Below are positions 59,479 through 59,572 of a stretch of 59,572 bases of DNA, piece after piece. Position numbers and translations under genes: made by a program. Location of the stretch: positions 1 to 59,572 of the forward strand of contig JAZDLX010000131.1 in NCBI GenBank assembly GCA_043801585.1, given 5' to 3'. The notes below the pieces were generated by a model, which was not told the DNA's origin, searched no databases, and worked only from the letters and a program-made list of their open reading frames with translations. This DNA comes from a bacterium (lineage in GTDB: Bacteria > Electryoneota > Electryoneia > Electryoneales > Electryoneaceae). Within the stretch, counting starts at the first letter, position 1; the number at the start of each line of letters is the position of its first letter.

Positions 59479-59572
59479 TCATTTCATCACCGCCGTGAGC
59501 AGCAGCACATCGCCAGCATAAGAGCATTCCCCAGGCGGGACGGTGTAGCGGACGCAGCGGGCGTTCGGCAAT
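59479..59572 (-). CDS. C-terminus of an unknown gene running in from the right edge
   Basis: Open frame LPNARCVRYTVPPGECSYAGDVLLLTAVMK* with GC-rich codons. Confidence 0.5.
   Translation of the reverse strand, partial: LPNARCVRYTVPPGECSYAGDVLLLTAVMK

Overview
A chromosomal window from a GC-rich, Gram-negative bacterium. The T9SS-type C-terminal domain gene and the dcw/lpt gene order suggest the FCB superphylum (inference). Left to right it holds: an alpha/beta hydrolase missed by the ORF track, rluD, an MFS transporter, maf-rodZ, two thioredoxin-fold genes, a DMT transporter, an EEP-family gene, cspA and an esterase operon. Next come a complete trimeric [FeFe]-hydrogenase locus with maturases (hydC-B-A-G-F-E; the beta subunit looks non-bifurcating), a small 4-Cys gene, a beta-barrel/lipoprotein pair and tRNA-Arg(ACG). 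Then selA-nfeD-comEC-VOC, a Zn-finger-less ClpX-like ATPase, kdsC-lptC-lptA-lptB-rpoN, a HemC-fold protein lacking catalytic residues, two Na+ symporters and the dcw cluster. The most unusual signals cluster around dcw. mraY and murG are cleanly absent. ftsZ has two SD-led in-frame starts giving a 155-aa acidic N-terminal extension. Directly after ftsZ lies a duplicated two-hairpin RNA with CCUCCU loops, complementary to an identical 12-mer at the ftsA and long-ftsZ ribosome-binding sites. Intergenic spaces carry several REP/MITE-like palindrome families. The right end is an AT-richer accessory patch with iteron-like repeats. All calls come from reading the sequence; no searches were run.
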